Below, piece after piece: positions 11,421 through 27,529 of a DNA stretch of 64,000 nucleotides. The notes under the pieces are model-generated. The model saw only the letters and a program-made list of their open reading frames with translations, made no database searches and had not been told where the DNA came from. The position numbers and the translations under genes were made by a program. Position 1 is the first letter of the stretch. Every line of letters begins with the position of its first letter. This stretch comes from Chrysomallon squamiferum. Its lineage: Eukaryota; Animalia; Mollusca. The stretch is taken from assembly GCA_012295275.1 (NCBI GenBank), contig CM022674.1, forward strand, positions 16,492,001 through 16,556,000, read 5' to 3'.

Positions 11421-12977
11421 ATCAATGATTTCAGTGCTGAAATGTACCTATCTTCTGTTGTGAACTAAATTAATCCTATTGCATAAAGATATTTGAATCG
11501 TCATTTCACAGAGCCAAATAAACTATGAATTAATTATTCAAGTGTTTCCAAGAAATATCATAAATTATGTATATGCTGATTCCTTAACAGGACCAACAAT
11601 TACAAACAAGAGCTTATCAATATTTAGTTTGACTAGCTGACGAAAAGTATTAGCTTTTTTCTGTCTTTAAGAACTGTTTCCAGTACAATCAGACGTGTTA
11701 AATACAATCAACTACAGCCTTGAGTAACCATTTTCTTTCTGGTTACACAACCGTGTTACTGCAGCTAATGATACATCTAGAGCTTTACCATTTTACTGTC
11801 GCTGGAAATCACACTAAGTAAAACCCCGAAACAAATTAACCGTATGACGTAAACATCTGTTTTCTACTGAGAGCTGAAGTATTTGATGCTACGGTGAATA
11901 TGATTAATGTAATTAATAATGTAGTGGTTATGTGACTCTTTGTTTTGTTTTCTTTTTCTGTTGTAGTTATCTTTGCATCGTGTTTCTTTTGCTTGCAAAT
12001 GGATTTTATATAAAAATAAAAAACATGAAAAAGAAACATTTCTTAATTTTCCAGGATTTCAGTAACACTTTTGTCCGTCTATCCACCAATGTATCATCGA
12101 TCTACCCACCCCATGTTTATATACTCAAACACACAAGTACACGTTCACATGTTTTTTCTAACCATGGATACAGAGCATTAAGCTAAAACATGAAACCAAG
12201 TGAATAATTTATTTCCTACTCTTTTTTTCTTTTCTTTCTTTCTTAATTTCTTTATTTATTTTTATTTATTTATTTTTTATTTTTTATTTTTTGATATGAT
12301 AGAATATTCCAGTTCCATCTATAAAGTAATTCAATTTTATTATTAATGATTATTTTTCAGGTTATGCATGTAAGATAGTTTATTCAGTTAGACATATTTT
12401 TGATATATATGTAATGCATTAAGTTGAAACATGAAATTCTGTGAATTATTTATGTCATACTCACTACTAAATTCAATTTTATTATTTTCATGATTATTTC
12501 TGCAATTCATTATTTTGATTACGATAATGACTATTCTCTTTAGGTCATAGTGCATATGTGTATACATATATGTATATATGTATTTAGATACGCATTTATG
12601 TATGTGTGTATAAATATACGTATGTATTTTGCATATAGTTATATATACGTATGTTTTTTTGTACGTAGGTATCTATATTCTCTATGAAAAAATTTACATT
12701 CATGAATTTACATTTAATCACAGTTACAAAAGATAACAGTTATATATTTTCATTCAACAACCATTTATAAAGAAAGGTTAAATAGTTTTTTGTTTCCAAA
12801 GACACCAGTTATATATAATAAATAATGTTCTTCTTATCGGTTTCAATATTTTCATAAATAAAACTATCTCACAAATTTTAAATGCCTTTATTGTTTCATT
12901 TTTATTTTATATTATTTCTCTAGTTAATAATTCAGTATTGATGAGTCTAGTATTATTTTCCCCTTTCAGCTGACAAA

Positions 12978-13368
12978 ACAGTTTTAATTCAGAACAGAAA
13001 ATAGTCGAATTTTCAATATAGTTTTGGTTTAGAAGAGAAGTTGGTCGAATTTTCAATACAGTTTTAATCCAAAAGAAAAGATGGTCAAATTTTCGTTACA
13101 GTTTAAGTCCAAAACTACAGATGGTCGAATTTTCATTACAGTTTTCTTCAGTGAATAAAGAAAGCCTCTCCATGATGCCCAGTTGATTCCTTTCCCAAAG
13201 AGTTCATTGGTTCCATTAAGATACAGACCGTTTAGATTGGAACTGTGACACTTATTGTACCAGATGGCTGCCTTGTATTGGATAGCACATGTACTTCCAT
13301 TGTCCTTTTGGAGAATCTCATTCCGTTGAGAATAGCAGCTTCTTGTTTAGTGTTGATGAAAGTGTCAC
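12978..13368 (-). pseudogene. FReD relic B: isolated last exon with a 1-nt frameshift plus terminal 40-bp array
   Basis: GDTFINTKQEAAILNGMRFS / DNGSTCAIQYKAAIWYNKCHSSNLNGLYLNGTNELFGKGINWASWRGFLYSLKKTVMKIRPS. The flanking intron (13370-14200) resembles 38770-39400. Confidence 0.85.
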
Positions 13369-14582
13369 CTGAAAATTGTATTACTATTACAATGAGGCCA
13401 CTCTTCCTTAAATATAACATTTAATGCTTGTTGTTTTCTGTGAAATAATTTGTTTTACTCTTTTTCTACACGTATAAATATATTGGTAATTTCAACATAT
13501 AAATATATTGTTTTATTTTCTCCTATAATTATTTGTATTTATATAAATATATTGCTTTAATATACAAACACATACAAGTATTGTTGTAAATATATTAAAC
13601 AAAATTTGAACATATAAATATTTTGTTTACATACACATATAATTATCTTGTTTTATGCATTTATTTATTCATTAACTTAGACATATAAATATATACTTTT
13701 ATTGTTTTATTTATTTATATATTTATCAATCTCATCTACATATGTAAATACGTTTTTATTTATTGTTTTAACTTCATGTATAGTTTTTTCTTCATATTAA
13801 TATATTATTTTATTTTTATACATATATGTATTCTTTTATATACACCTGTATCTATACTTTTCATTTACACAGATAAATGTACTTTTTTTTTTTTTTTCAA
13901 CTTGTTGGCCTCTTTCATTTGTAGCTCATTTCATATATTATTTATGTCTAAATATATTTAATTTTCTGCTTGTACTAAACTACAGTTCGTACCTGTATTA
14001 ATTTACTAATCATACATATGTTCAAGTTCTGTCCTAACTTATATCAAAGGAATGTTTTTGTCTACCTGCATAATTCTCCCCGGACATTTTTTTTTTCTTT
14101 TTTTGTTTTATATTTATAGTTATTGTTCTTGTTGTTGTTGTTTAGAACTAAATATATTTATTTTAAAAATATATAAAAATTGGATTTATTTATTTATTTC
14201 ATCCTTTATTAATGAAAACCACGTCTCACTTGGATGATTAAATTAATAAAATACTAATGGTAGACAGTTTTTTTTGAATAATTACTATTGATTCTCTAAC
14301 TTTAGCTGAAACATATAGAAGCCAAAGATAAAGGTAAATATATTAGTACTTATTCATATAATAGTCATTAGGGAAATGATCACATGAAATATGTTTCATT
14401 CATCTTTGATGATTAAATTAATAAGATACTGATGGTAGATTTTTTTTTTTTAATAATTACTATCGATTCTCTAACTTTAGCAGAAACATATACAAGCCAA
14501 AGATTGTACTGAATTCATCTTTGAGAAATTAATATTTACAACAAGCAGAATATCTTCCATTTTCTTCCGTTTGCTTCCTTCC

Positions 14583-14678
<96 letters not shown>

Positions 14679-15526
14679 CATAAACGATATCAGTGCAGAA
14701 ATTCAGGTATTTCTGTTCAGAACTAAATTAATATAATTATGGAAAGAAATTCTAAACGTTATTTGAACTGAACTTTTCCAGTGTATTGCCCGTTCAAAAC
14801 AGAAATACTTCATCCTGTATTAAATAAAACAATGTCGTACTTGACTGATTAACTTAATAATACAGTAACGGTGGATATATATTTTTTTAAATTCTATTGA
14901 TTCTGTCAATTCAGCTGAATCATTTAGAAGTGAATCAGAATGGAAATCACATTTATACTTATTCATGTAATAGTCATCAGGGAAATGATCATTTGAAATA
15001 TGTTTTAGTCATCTATAAAAATGTTATATTTACTCTTGCTGAACTAGTGGAATGTTTGATACTTACTCTTTATTGTTCCTTTTGTTTTATTGGTATCCTT
15101 TGTCTTTTTATTTTTTTGTAGTTATTAATATGCACATCCATACTTACAAACTTATTGTTTTTAATCATCGTTACAAACATCATAAGGGATTAAGTCAAAA
15201 ACAAATTGTTAAGAATAAATTAATGCAAACAATCAAATAGAACTTACCGAACTGTATACAAATAAATAATTTACATTTCGTCACCTGTTTTATTATTTTT
15301 CCAAATATACTAGCATTACACTGATCGATCAATGTATGATCATCTACAGAACAGAATCACGTGGGATCAAATGAAGCGACTTTCCCAGCTTTGTTCAGTC
15401 TTCAAAGAGATCTCGTTATTTTAAATATTCATGTGTTTTTACATCAAGTAGGTATTGTGTTTACAGTCTGTGTCTGAGTGCTTGTGGCTGTGTGTTTGGG
15501 TACGTGTGCATATTTATTATTATTAT

Positions 15527-15564
<38 letters not shown>

Positions 15565-16104
15565 ATAGTTGTAGTTGCAGTATTAGTAGAGGCATTTGTA
15601 ATATTAATATTATTATTATTTAATTTTGTGTTTTCTCTTGCTTTAATGATATCTTCTTGTTTTTTAAAAATCCTGCTCATACACATATTTTTTCAAACAT
15701 AATATATGTGTGTGTGTGCGAGTGTGTGTGTACATTTATCTTTATCCATAACACGAATAAAAAAACCAATCAGCAACATTTGCTTACATTCAATTACATT
15801 TAACAACTCTTTCCAAACAAATCAATTATAAAATTAAATTTAGCAAGTGTTAAAAATTTACATTCAGCAATTGTTTCAAAATTAGTAGTTTGCAGATTTA
15901 TATGAAATAAATCCGAAAAGAAATAAACATTTCAAACATTTTGTTTCATATTTTTTTCCCAATCATTTTTTTGTCTTCAATATTTTGAGTAAGGATACAT
16001 TCCTGTCAGTTGGAATTTGTTTTCGTTTTTTATTGTATTTTATTTCTCCAGTTAATAATTCAGTTTTCATTAGGCTAATACTATTGCTTCACTAAGAACA
16101 CAGC

Positions 16105-16465
16105 TTTACTTCAAACCCGAATACGGTGGAATTTTCATCACGGTTTTAATGCAAAACATAATATGGCCGAATTTTCATTCTAGTTATAATTGAAAACAGA
16201 AGATAGTGGAGATTTCATTACAGTTGTAATTGAAAACAGAAGATAGTCGGACTTTCATTACATTTATAATTCAAAACAGAAGATGGTCAAATTCTCGTTA
16301 CAGTTTCAGTTAAAAAGAGAACATGGTCTAATTTCATCACACGTTTCTTTGAAAACTGAAGATGGCCAAATTTGTATCACACTATTAATTCAAAACTGAA
16401 ATTGATCGAAATTTCATTAGAGTTTTAGTTCAAAACAGAAGATGGTCGAATTTTCATTACAGTTT
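16105..16465 (-). repeat. Degenerate 40-bp tandem array (~9 units) derived from the FReD C-terminal codons
   Basis: Unit resembles ttttagttcaaaacagaagatggtcgaattttcattacag, which is the reverse complement of the TVMKIRPSSVLN* coding end. Confidence 0.85.
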
Positions 16466-18260
16466 TCTTCAATGAATAATAATAGCCTCTCCATGGCGAC
16501 CAGTTGATGCTTACAGCAAAGAGGTTATTGCTTCCGTTGAGGTACGGACGGTTCAGATTGGCAGAGTGAAAGTCGTTGTACCACCAGCCTCCCTTATAAC
16601 CCCCAGCACATGCGTTTCCATTGTCCTCTGTAGAGAATTTCATACCAGTGTGACGAACGTTATCTGTTACAGCGTTTATCAGGGCATCACCTACAAGTAA
16701 ATATTCTATAATTATCAGAATCACATTCGTGTGAATCAGTTTTCCAAAATAAAACAGCAGGATGAACAACTACGACCACGATGGTGACATTATTCTTTAA
16801 ACGTAAGGTTTAAAACTAGTTTAATGTTTGTTCTTTTCAGTGAGGTAACCGGTACAGATATTTCGTTTTATCTACATGTTTAAATGTGGTACTTGTTTGT
16901 GAGCTGGAGATAGTTTTATACGCTTTATGTTTTCTGTCCTGCTTTTAGCCGATTCCTGAAGGTCGTGTAGGATATGACTCTCAGTGGTAACCACTGTTGT
17001 TTTAAAAATGTGGTTGAGACCCATCTTCGACGTCTAACAAATCTCAACAATTCTCTCTCCTCTCTTGTTGTTGTCTTACAGGGATTCCCATGTGTTGGAC
17101 AATCTTTAAATCCTGTTTTACAGCTCTGTCTTTGTCATGAAATGATGGATATACTGCGCCAAAGTTGACATCCAAATAGTTTGAGGAGAGTTCCTGGATC
17201 TCTCATGCCAATAATTTGCCACCTTGTAGCCTCTGACAATTTACAACGTGCCAATTTACCAGTCACGGTTCTGAATATTCAATACAAACTGACAGCACAT
17301 GGCATAAACTTGATTTCAGCAAGTATGATATATCGCGAGGACTGTTTTACAAGAACAAAAAAATACATTGTTTTTTCTAAATTCAGGTATGAACTGTTTA
17401 CAGATAAATTTAATATAAATTTAATAATTTGTCGATTATTTTTATTGTTATTGTGATTGTTCGGGTTGTTTTAGAAATGTATTATAATTGAATGTATTTG
17501 ATTATTTGTTTATTCATTCATTCATTCATTTATTTAATTTGTTGTTGTTGTTTTTTTTTTTTAGAAAATTCTTATTATTATTAGCATGATTTCTTTTGTT
17601 GTTGTTGTATTTATTTATTTCAAATTACCTGCATTTCCGCTGTATTTTTCAACTGATAAGCGATAAAAATCATCTTCTCCAGTTATTGAGAAAGTTTTGT
17701 AGACAGCAAAAGTCGTGTTTCCTTCGAACTTTTCAAGTCAAGTTTCAGATCGTAGTAACCTTGACTGGACAACAGATCTATGTTCTCATTGCCTAGCAAG
17801 ATAAATCAAATCGATAATCAATAAATCCACTGCCCAGTGAACGAACATTATATTTGTGAACTTACTCACTTAATTCACTAACTTTTTAATATACATATTT
17901 TAATTATTTATTACTAATTGCCTACCTAACCAGAATTCTTTAGTTAATGAACCAAATACGTTTTCTGGTGCGTCTGTCCGTGTATGAAATAACTGAAAAA
18001 ATAGGTCCCTTATCTGCTTAAAACATTCATGAATAAAACGAAACGAAAAGGAAAAGAAATGGATGAAACGCACAGAAAAAGGTAATAATATATCAAATGA
18101 AAACGACAAAAAATAAAAAATAAAAAATTAATAAAAGCATTGCTAAAATTTAGAAGCCAACCGCTATCATTGTCAGATATTTTGCAGTACGCCTTGATTG
18201 GACAGCCGTTGTCACGTGGTACAATTGTATAAACTCCGCTACTTTTACCTCCATTCATAA
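16425..18260 (-). pseudogene. FReD relic C (exons 2-5)
   Basis: Exon 2 18260..~18153 is 5'-truncated with donor GT changed to CT. Exon 3 17992..17926 is 30 nt short. Exon 4 17792..17629 is 1 nt short. Exon 5 16690..16425 is open (GMKFSTEDNGNACAGGYKGGWWYNDFHSANLN..KKTVMKIRPSSVLN*) but has lost a conserved Cys. Confidence 0.87.
16895..17270 (-). mobile_element. Tc1-like transposase N-terminal fragment in intron 4 of relic C
   Basis: The minus strand reads ARCKLSEATRWQIIGMRD..KDCPTHGNPCKTTTREERELLRFVRRRR..ISYTTFRNRLKAG, a degenerate Tc1 HTH and GRPRKTT/TVRNRL region. Confidence 0.7.
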
Positions 18261-19174
18261 TGAGTTAATAGTTTGTAATGATTTTGTTCTCAATTTTCAA
18301 TCATACATGTACTAGGTACACTATCACAGCAAATTTAAAAGTTAATTTCACCGTTAAATAATTACAAACATTCAACTTAAAATTAATAATCATTAAACAT
18401 AATTATTATTAATAACAACATTTGAAATAATAATTGTAGTAACAATTTACATTTAATTTAAAATGCACATATAGAGAACAATTTTTAATTTGTAATTATT
18501 ATCAATTAGAAAATATAATTATAATAACAAATTAGGAATAAGTTGAACACTTTTAATAACTGATAAGTCATTCAGGATTTTAAGGCTAACTTGAAACTGT
18601 TGTTACTTTTGATTTGACACAATGTCTGGAATCCATCTAGTTTTATCACATTTCAGTTATTTCCCATTCAATGACAATATTTACCACAATAATAAAAGCG
18701 ACAAGCATGTCATACATATGCAACAATTATAACTGGTATGCAAATACAGTTTTTGCAAATGTTAAATAATACGAACTAGCATATGTATTATTATTAGTAT
18801 AATAATATATCATAAATTCTAATGCAAGAATAAACAATTTACGTATTATAAATATGCAAATTAAAGTAATTATTATGATAATGTATTACGTATGGATAAA
18901 TGGAAAATATTTGTTATATCATATTTTTATCTGCATTTTCAAATGATCAAATGCTATAATTATTATAAAAATATATTATGTAGAATATATATTATATTAT
19001 TTTTTTTCCTGAATATTCAAATGTAAAATATAATAAATTATGGATAGTCAAATGTTAATAAAAATAGATAAATAAATAAATAGATAAATAAATAAACATA
19101 TCAACGAATACACAATAAAGAGAGTTAAATAATATACAAATAAATAAACAATCAAACAGACAATAAAAGAAGGA

Positions 19175-19225
<51 letters not shown>

Positions 19226-20044
19226 ATATCTTGTTTCTATTAAAGAGATAATACGACATATTTTCGAATCTGCAATCATCAATGGTAGAACTTTCAAATA
19301 TTTGTTTCCTTCACAAAATGTATTTTTATATCAGCAGCGACGAATCATTTACGAACTATTTTATACAGTACAGCACCTACTATAGTTTTTATCTAAAGTC
19401 AGCAAAATCAAGCACGAATGTGAAAAAATAAGTTTTTTTCAAAGTGTTTATCAAGGCATCACCTAGAAGTAAACATTCTATAATTATTAGAATCACATTC
19501 GTGTCAATCAGTTTTCCAAAACAAAACAGTAGGATCAACGACTACAACTACAGTGATGACACTCTTAATTAAACGTAACTTTTGATCTAGTTTAATGTTT
19601 GATCTTTCTAGTCATGTAGCCGTTATACATCTCTTATTTTATCGACATTTTTAAATGTTCTGATAACTATATGTATATATTACAGTTAGAATGGCGAACA
19701 TGTCTGTGAAATTTTTAGTCACTTACCCTAATGCCAGAGACCGTCTACAGATATTAATTTATTGTTTTGTTTATATATATTTATATATATATATAAATGA
19801 AATGTATCTTAATATTTATGGGTATGTGTGTGGATGTGTGTTTGGGTATGTGTATACAGACACACAAACACACACACACACACACACGCAGGCACACACA
19901 CACATATCCACCAGTCACTTTGGATATAACCATGGCTGTGATCCTTTGGCTCAAAACACGTATACGACCATCCACCTACACAGTAAGAAATGAGTCTAAT
20001 CGCAAAATGAATTCTCAGCAGTTTTGAAATGTTCCTTCTAACAC

Positions 20045-20412
20045 TTTGATTACACGCGACAAGTCGTCGGTGCTGATTTCTGAGCTGGAAATAGTTTTAC
20101 ATGCTTGATGGTTTTTCCTCCTGCTTGTAGCCGATTCCTGACTGTCGTATAGGAAATGGTTCTCACTGCTAATCACTGGTGTTTTAAAGATGGGGTTGAG
20201 CCCATGAACAGCATCTAATCAGTGTCAACAGTGCTCTCTCCTTTCTTGTTGTTGTCTTACGGGGTCTCCCATGTCTTGGACGATCATTAAAACCTTTTTG
20301 GTAGCTCTGTTTTTGTTCACCAGTCTTGAAATGATAGAAATAATAAGCCCAAGTTTACAGACTACGTTGCTGACATATTCTGTCATACAGTGCAATTTAC
20401 TGGACACGGTCT
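20045..20412 (-). mobile_element. Second copy of the Tc1-like fragment, abutting a truncated FReD exon 1
   Basis: Collinear with 16900-17270 (gagctgga.atagtttta, tagccgattcctga, ttgttgttgtcttac). Reads ISRLVNKNRAT on the minus strand. Confidence 0.68.
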
Positions 20413-20413
20413 A

Positions 20414-20572
20414 TTCTTTTGAAGGATCTTCTTCAAGTTTCTTATCTTGGTATTGTGGTAACTTTCGAAAAGTCTTACGAGTGCTAATCTCGAAATTGCA
20501 GAAAGAAACAACGATTATCAGAAATGCTAAAACACAGAATATTATCTCGTTGATCTTTTTCATTATCTCCAT
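20414..20572 (-). pseudogene. Truncated PAN/Apple-FReD exon 1 (signal peptide half only)
   Basis: MEIMKKINEIIFCVLAFLIIVVSFCNFEISTRKTFRKLPQYQDKKLEEDPSK, then breaks into Tc1 sequence. The upstream flank 20580-20790 matches 41060-41270. Confidence 0.85.
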
Positions 20573-21239
20573 TTTATAAACAGTATGTTGAAATTCAGAT
20601 ATCGCTATTCAGAACTCAATTAATCTACCTATATAAAGAGATTTTAATGGTTATTTCAGAGAGCCAAATAAACTAGTAATTTCTTCTACTAATGTTTCCA
20701 AGACACTGACACTACCAAACTGAACTCTTCAAATATATTAAGCATTTGACACAAGCTTCTGTTTTCTGTCCAGAATAGAAATATTTCATACTGTATTATG
20801 CAAAACCACATCTCACTTGGTTGGTTAACTTAATAATACAATAATGGTAGATATGCTCTCTTTATAATTTCTATTGATTCTGTCAGTTCAATTGACCATT
20901 TGAAATGTTGTTTGTTCATCTTTGAAAATTTTGTATTTACGTTTGCTGAACTAGCAGAATCTTCATGTTTTTATGTTTTACTTCAGTAACTGGTTTGGAC
21001 CAAAATGATTCTTTTGTTTTTACTTAGTCTTGCTTTTGCATTTTTGTCGATTGTTCGGTATATCTTCTCTATAGCGTTTATTTGGTTGTTCTTTTTATTT
21101 TATATTTTATTATTTATTTTATTTTATTTTATTATTATTATTATTAATTTTTTGTGTGTGTGTGTGAGAGAGTGTGTGTATTTGTATTATATTTATTTTA
21201 TTGTTGTTTTTGTTTTTACTATTCTTATATTTTAATAAT

Positions 21240-21660
21240 TTGTGTATAAATATATATTAAGCATTTACAAAACAACACCACGCTTTGTGGTTTATGGAGA
21301 ATTAGAAAGATATCAGTTGTCTGTATGTGTTACAATAACAATCATTACATTAAATACACCGTACAAATTTCTTGGTGTACTCTACATGTCATCATCGTAC
21401 AACTGTAATGTAAATGCCGTATCAAGTCTTAATTATCTTCTGTGAAAAAGTATACTAGATGAATGTGTTTATGTTATATATAATCATGTGTCAAAGTGAA
21501 TGATTTGTGGTAGAAACATGCAGTAAGAATTATATCTCATCAGTTCTCATAAAAATAGAATAGATATAAAGGTGAGTCATCTAAAGGAATTAACAATAGA
21601 ATATTTAAAGACAAATTTAAATTAGAACATCTTCTATTAAAGCTTCCAACCAAAAATGTT
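21240..21660 (+). mobile_element. LINE ORF2 3' relic
   Basis: KYILSIYKTTPRFVVYGELERY matches 28480-28540 (KYILCVKK..FVVYSELG), a post-RT region typical of non-LTR elements. Confidence 0.6.
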
Positions 21661-22609
21661 AGAACACTATATATTGATCTGGTTTTAACTTCTCTCCATT
21701 AGAAAATAATAAACAAACGCAACACTTGATGCAAAAGTTAAAAATATTTCTTATTCACAAAAATCATTATTATTGAGTGATTTAAAACAGACTTTTTAAA
21801 AAAGTATTCAAAAACAAATCAAAGATTGTTTGCATATGATTAAAAAGTTAATGAGTAAGAGTTTGTAATGATATTTCATTCTCAATGTTAAATCATGCCT
21901 GTACTGGACGAAATGTCCCAGTAAATTTAGAAGTTAATTTCACTGATAATTAACTACAAACATTTAAAAGAAAATGAATAATCATTAAACATAATTTTTA
22001 TCAATAAGGAAATGTGAAATACTAACTATAATAATAATTTACATTCAATTTAAAATATGGAATATCTGTTACATCATAATATGTAAAATAATAATTATAA
22101 TAACAAATTAGGAATAAGCTGAACACTTACAATAACTGATAAATCATTCAGGATTTTAGGGCTAACCTGAAACTATTGATCCTACACAAGGCCTGTATTT
22201 CATCTAATTTTAGCACAGTTCAGTTATTTCCTATTCAGTGACAGTATTGATCTCAGTTATGCAAAGGACAAACATATCATCCATATGTGACAAACATTAT
22301 AATATATTATTATTAATATGCGAATGTAAACTACTGTCTGATTAACTTTTATAAATATGCAAACGTGAAATATTATGAATAAGCATAAGTACGAATGTTA
22401 GTATAATAATCTATCATAAATGTGCTAATGTAAACCAATTATAACAATAATACACTATGAATATGCAAATTAATATATTATACTAATATATTATGAATGT
22501 GCAAATTAAAGTAATATTATAATAACATATTACATAACAGTAAATGCTAAATATTTTTTTTTTTCTTCAGACAGTTCAAGTGTAAAATATAGGAGATTAC
22601 GAATTATTA

Positions 22610-22807
22610 GGATTTGAATATTCTCTGTTTTATGTACATCTTATTACACTCTGCACATAGACAATGTTCAGAAACCACTGGTGCAGGAGGACAGTGTCAA
22701 ATCACAACCTCACAAACCCGTCAGATGCCGCTGACGAGACTCGAACGTGTGGCACCCATTCCCCAGCACTCCGAATGCGGACGACGTTACTGTTCGGCCA
22801 TCGAGAC
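22610..22807 (-). mobile_element. tRNA-derived SINE-like element
   Basis: Minus-strand head gtctcgaTGGCCGAACAG..cacGTTCGAGTCtcgtcagcggc has A- and B-box-like motifs. It is a GC-rich island in AT-rich DNA with no clean cloverleaf. Confidence 0.55.
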
Positions 22808-23959
22808 TCAAAAAAAGTTAATCTCAATAATCGAAGGTAACCGTCGCTGCCCACGAAGCACGAAGTAGGTTTTAATATGTGTACATGATTTCAAACTTAT
22901 AGTTTTTAATCAGTGTTACAAAGATCCCAAGGGATTAAATTAAAAACAAATTGTGAACAATACAATATCACTAATAGTGAAACAGAACATACCGAAGTGT
23001 ATACAAATAAATAATTTATCGTTCTACACCTGACTTGTTATTTGTTCAAACTGCCTTTACAAAACACTGATCAGTCTGTACACGGTCATCTACAGAACTA
23101 GTCTCGTGGGATCAGTTCAAACCCACTTTCCCGGCTTTGTTTTGTCTTCGAAGAGATGACGTTATTTAAAATATTAATGTGTTTTTACATAAACCACATA
23201 TTGTGTTTACAGTGAGGTTTTATATATATAAATATATGTGTGTGTGTTTGTGTGTGTGTATGTGTACATATGTATGTAAGTAAATAAATAATTAAAGAAA
23301 CACGTCACAAATAAATAAAAAACACAACAAAAATAAACAAAGAAATAAAGAAACAAACAATAAAAAAATAATAATAATCATAATAATAATAATAATTAAG
23401 TCTTGAAAATATTTTCCTTTTGTTACAGAGAGAATACGAAACATTTTTAAACTTAGAATCAACACTATTTCAACTTTCAAGCATTTCTCCTTCACAAAAT
23501 ACATTTTTGCATCAACAGTGAGGAATCTTTTACAATCTCTTTTACACAGTATACAAAACAAACTATAGTTTTTATATAAAATCAGCATAAACAATCACGA
23601 ATGTGAAAAAAAGAGAAGCTCGCCTAAGGCGGAATGGATTCTTATAATCTACCGATATCAGACGAACGTTTCAAGTATCAGTAATAGTTATCTTTTTTAT
23701 ATTATTTTAAATGTATCTTTACACGGAACAGGTTTTAAAATAAAATAATTCAGCAACATTTGTTTACATCGATTTAAATTTAACAACTCTTTCCAAATAC
23801 AATAGTTATTTAATTAGATTTAGCAACTGTTTGAAAAGATGATTGCTATAAATTTACCTTCAGCAACTATAAATTATAAATGTACAAAGATCCCACTAAT
23901 AAAGTCTCGACATTAATCAAATACTTTTAAATCCATTAGCAAAATTAAATAAACATTTA

Positions 23960-24014
<55 letters not shown>

Positions 24015-24169
24015 GCACAATTTTCTGTTTATCAGTATCAATATTTTGACCAAAAAAACCACAACAACATTCCTGCAAACTGTAACTTTGTTTCTTTATT
24101 TTTTTTTTCCTTTATTTCTCTAAGTAATAATTCATATCGATTAAGCTACTACTGTTGTCTCATATCAAC

Positions 24170-26037
<1,868 letters not shown>

Positions 26038-27529
26038 CTGTTATAATAATAACAACAGCAGCGATGACAATGTCAATTCGCATGCAAACACTATAAATGC
26101 ATAATTCAGAAGTAAAAGTTTACAAATAAATGCATGAACTCAACACATCGAATATATTAATCGTGTGACAGTCCAGAACAGAAATAGTTCATCTTGTGTT
26201 ACATAAAACCTTTTCAAGAACTCCTGCAGCATGTCTCACTTCAGCTGAAACATATAGAAGACAAAGAGTATGGTAATCACATTTGGCAAACTAGTTTTTG
26301 ATGGTACAGTGAATATGGTTAATATAATTAATAATGCAATGATTATGGGTTTTTGTGTAATTCGTATTGATTCTTTGAATTCAACTGAAAGAAATAGTAG
26401 CCGAGCAGAATTGTTTATTCGTTTAATAGTCATCAGGGAAATGATCATTTGAATTATGATTTGTTCGTCTTTAAAAACTTAATATCTACGCTTGCTGAAC
26501 TAGCAGAATTTCTCATATCTTCCTTTTGCTTCTGCCTCTGCTTGATTTCTTGTTTCTTTCTGTCTTGCTTCAGATATTGGTTTTGGGCGAAACGTTTGTT
26601 CTGTTTTGGTATTTTTGTTGCTGTATCTTTGTTGGTTTTTGTTACTAGGGGTTGTTTATGTGGATGTTTTGTTTATTTGTTTTTAATTTCTGTTGCAGTT
26701 CTTTTGTTGCTTTTGTTGCCGTTACTGTTCTTTTATTTTATTAATATATTTGTAAGTGTATACTATGTGGGATATATAAATAACATTTTAAAATAAACAA
26801 TTCTTTACTTTGCAGGATTTCAGCAATCCCTCTTTACATCTATGAACGAATATGTCCATCGAACTACCCACCCCATATCCACAGACTCAAACACACTGAT
26901 ACACGTATATGCTTTTTTACTAATGAGTAATAAGTTAACACGAAAACAAGTGAATTATTTATTTCATACTATTTGTTTGATGTGTTAGAATATTTCAGTT
27001 ATCTCTATAAAATAATTTAATTAGAGTATTAATGCTTCTAGAGCATAGAAGTATATGTATATATGTATTCATGCATTTTTATATATGTATGTATGCATAT
27101 ATGTATATATGTCTGTACAGACAATGTATTAAGTAGGTATAAAACTATGTGTGTGGTTGTAGGCATGATGTCACTTCGCGCGTAAATATGTATGTTACTG
27201 TGCAAGTACGTACGTATGTATGTATGTGTGAAGATATTTAAGTAGGTAGGTAGGTTATTAATGTAAGTATAATAGTCTGTATGGATGGGTACATAGATAT
27301 ATTTAAATAAAGCGTAGGAACAATCAACTTCTGAAATCTTCAGTACAACTACAGTAACAGAAATGATCATTATTAAATAATTTATAGCCATCTCTTTGAC
27401 AGAACAGTAACAATAATTAATGATTTACGTTTTTCATATTTACATCTTTCTTATTATTTTTCTTATTAATTTCATCGTCAGTGTCGTCGCATCATCATCA
27501 TCTTGTTGTCTAACGTTTTTCACTGATCA

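Noticed and set aside
16895-17270. Initially read as a LINE 3' fragment
   Set aside because: The translation fits a Tc1 transposase N-terminus better (RWQIIGM, G.P.KTT.RE.R, T.RNRL).
22727-22807. Functional tRNA gene
   Set aside because: A and B boxes are present but the acceptor and anticodon stems do not pair convincingly, so it was called a SINE head.
23964-24011. Long poly-T tract as the tail of a processed FReD retrocopy
   Set aside because: Relic D retains its introns, and the paralogous position near 9830-9870 holds an (ATT)n run instead, indicating local slippage.
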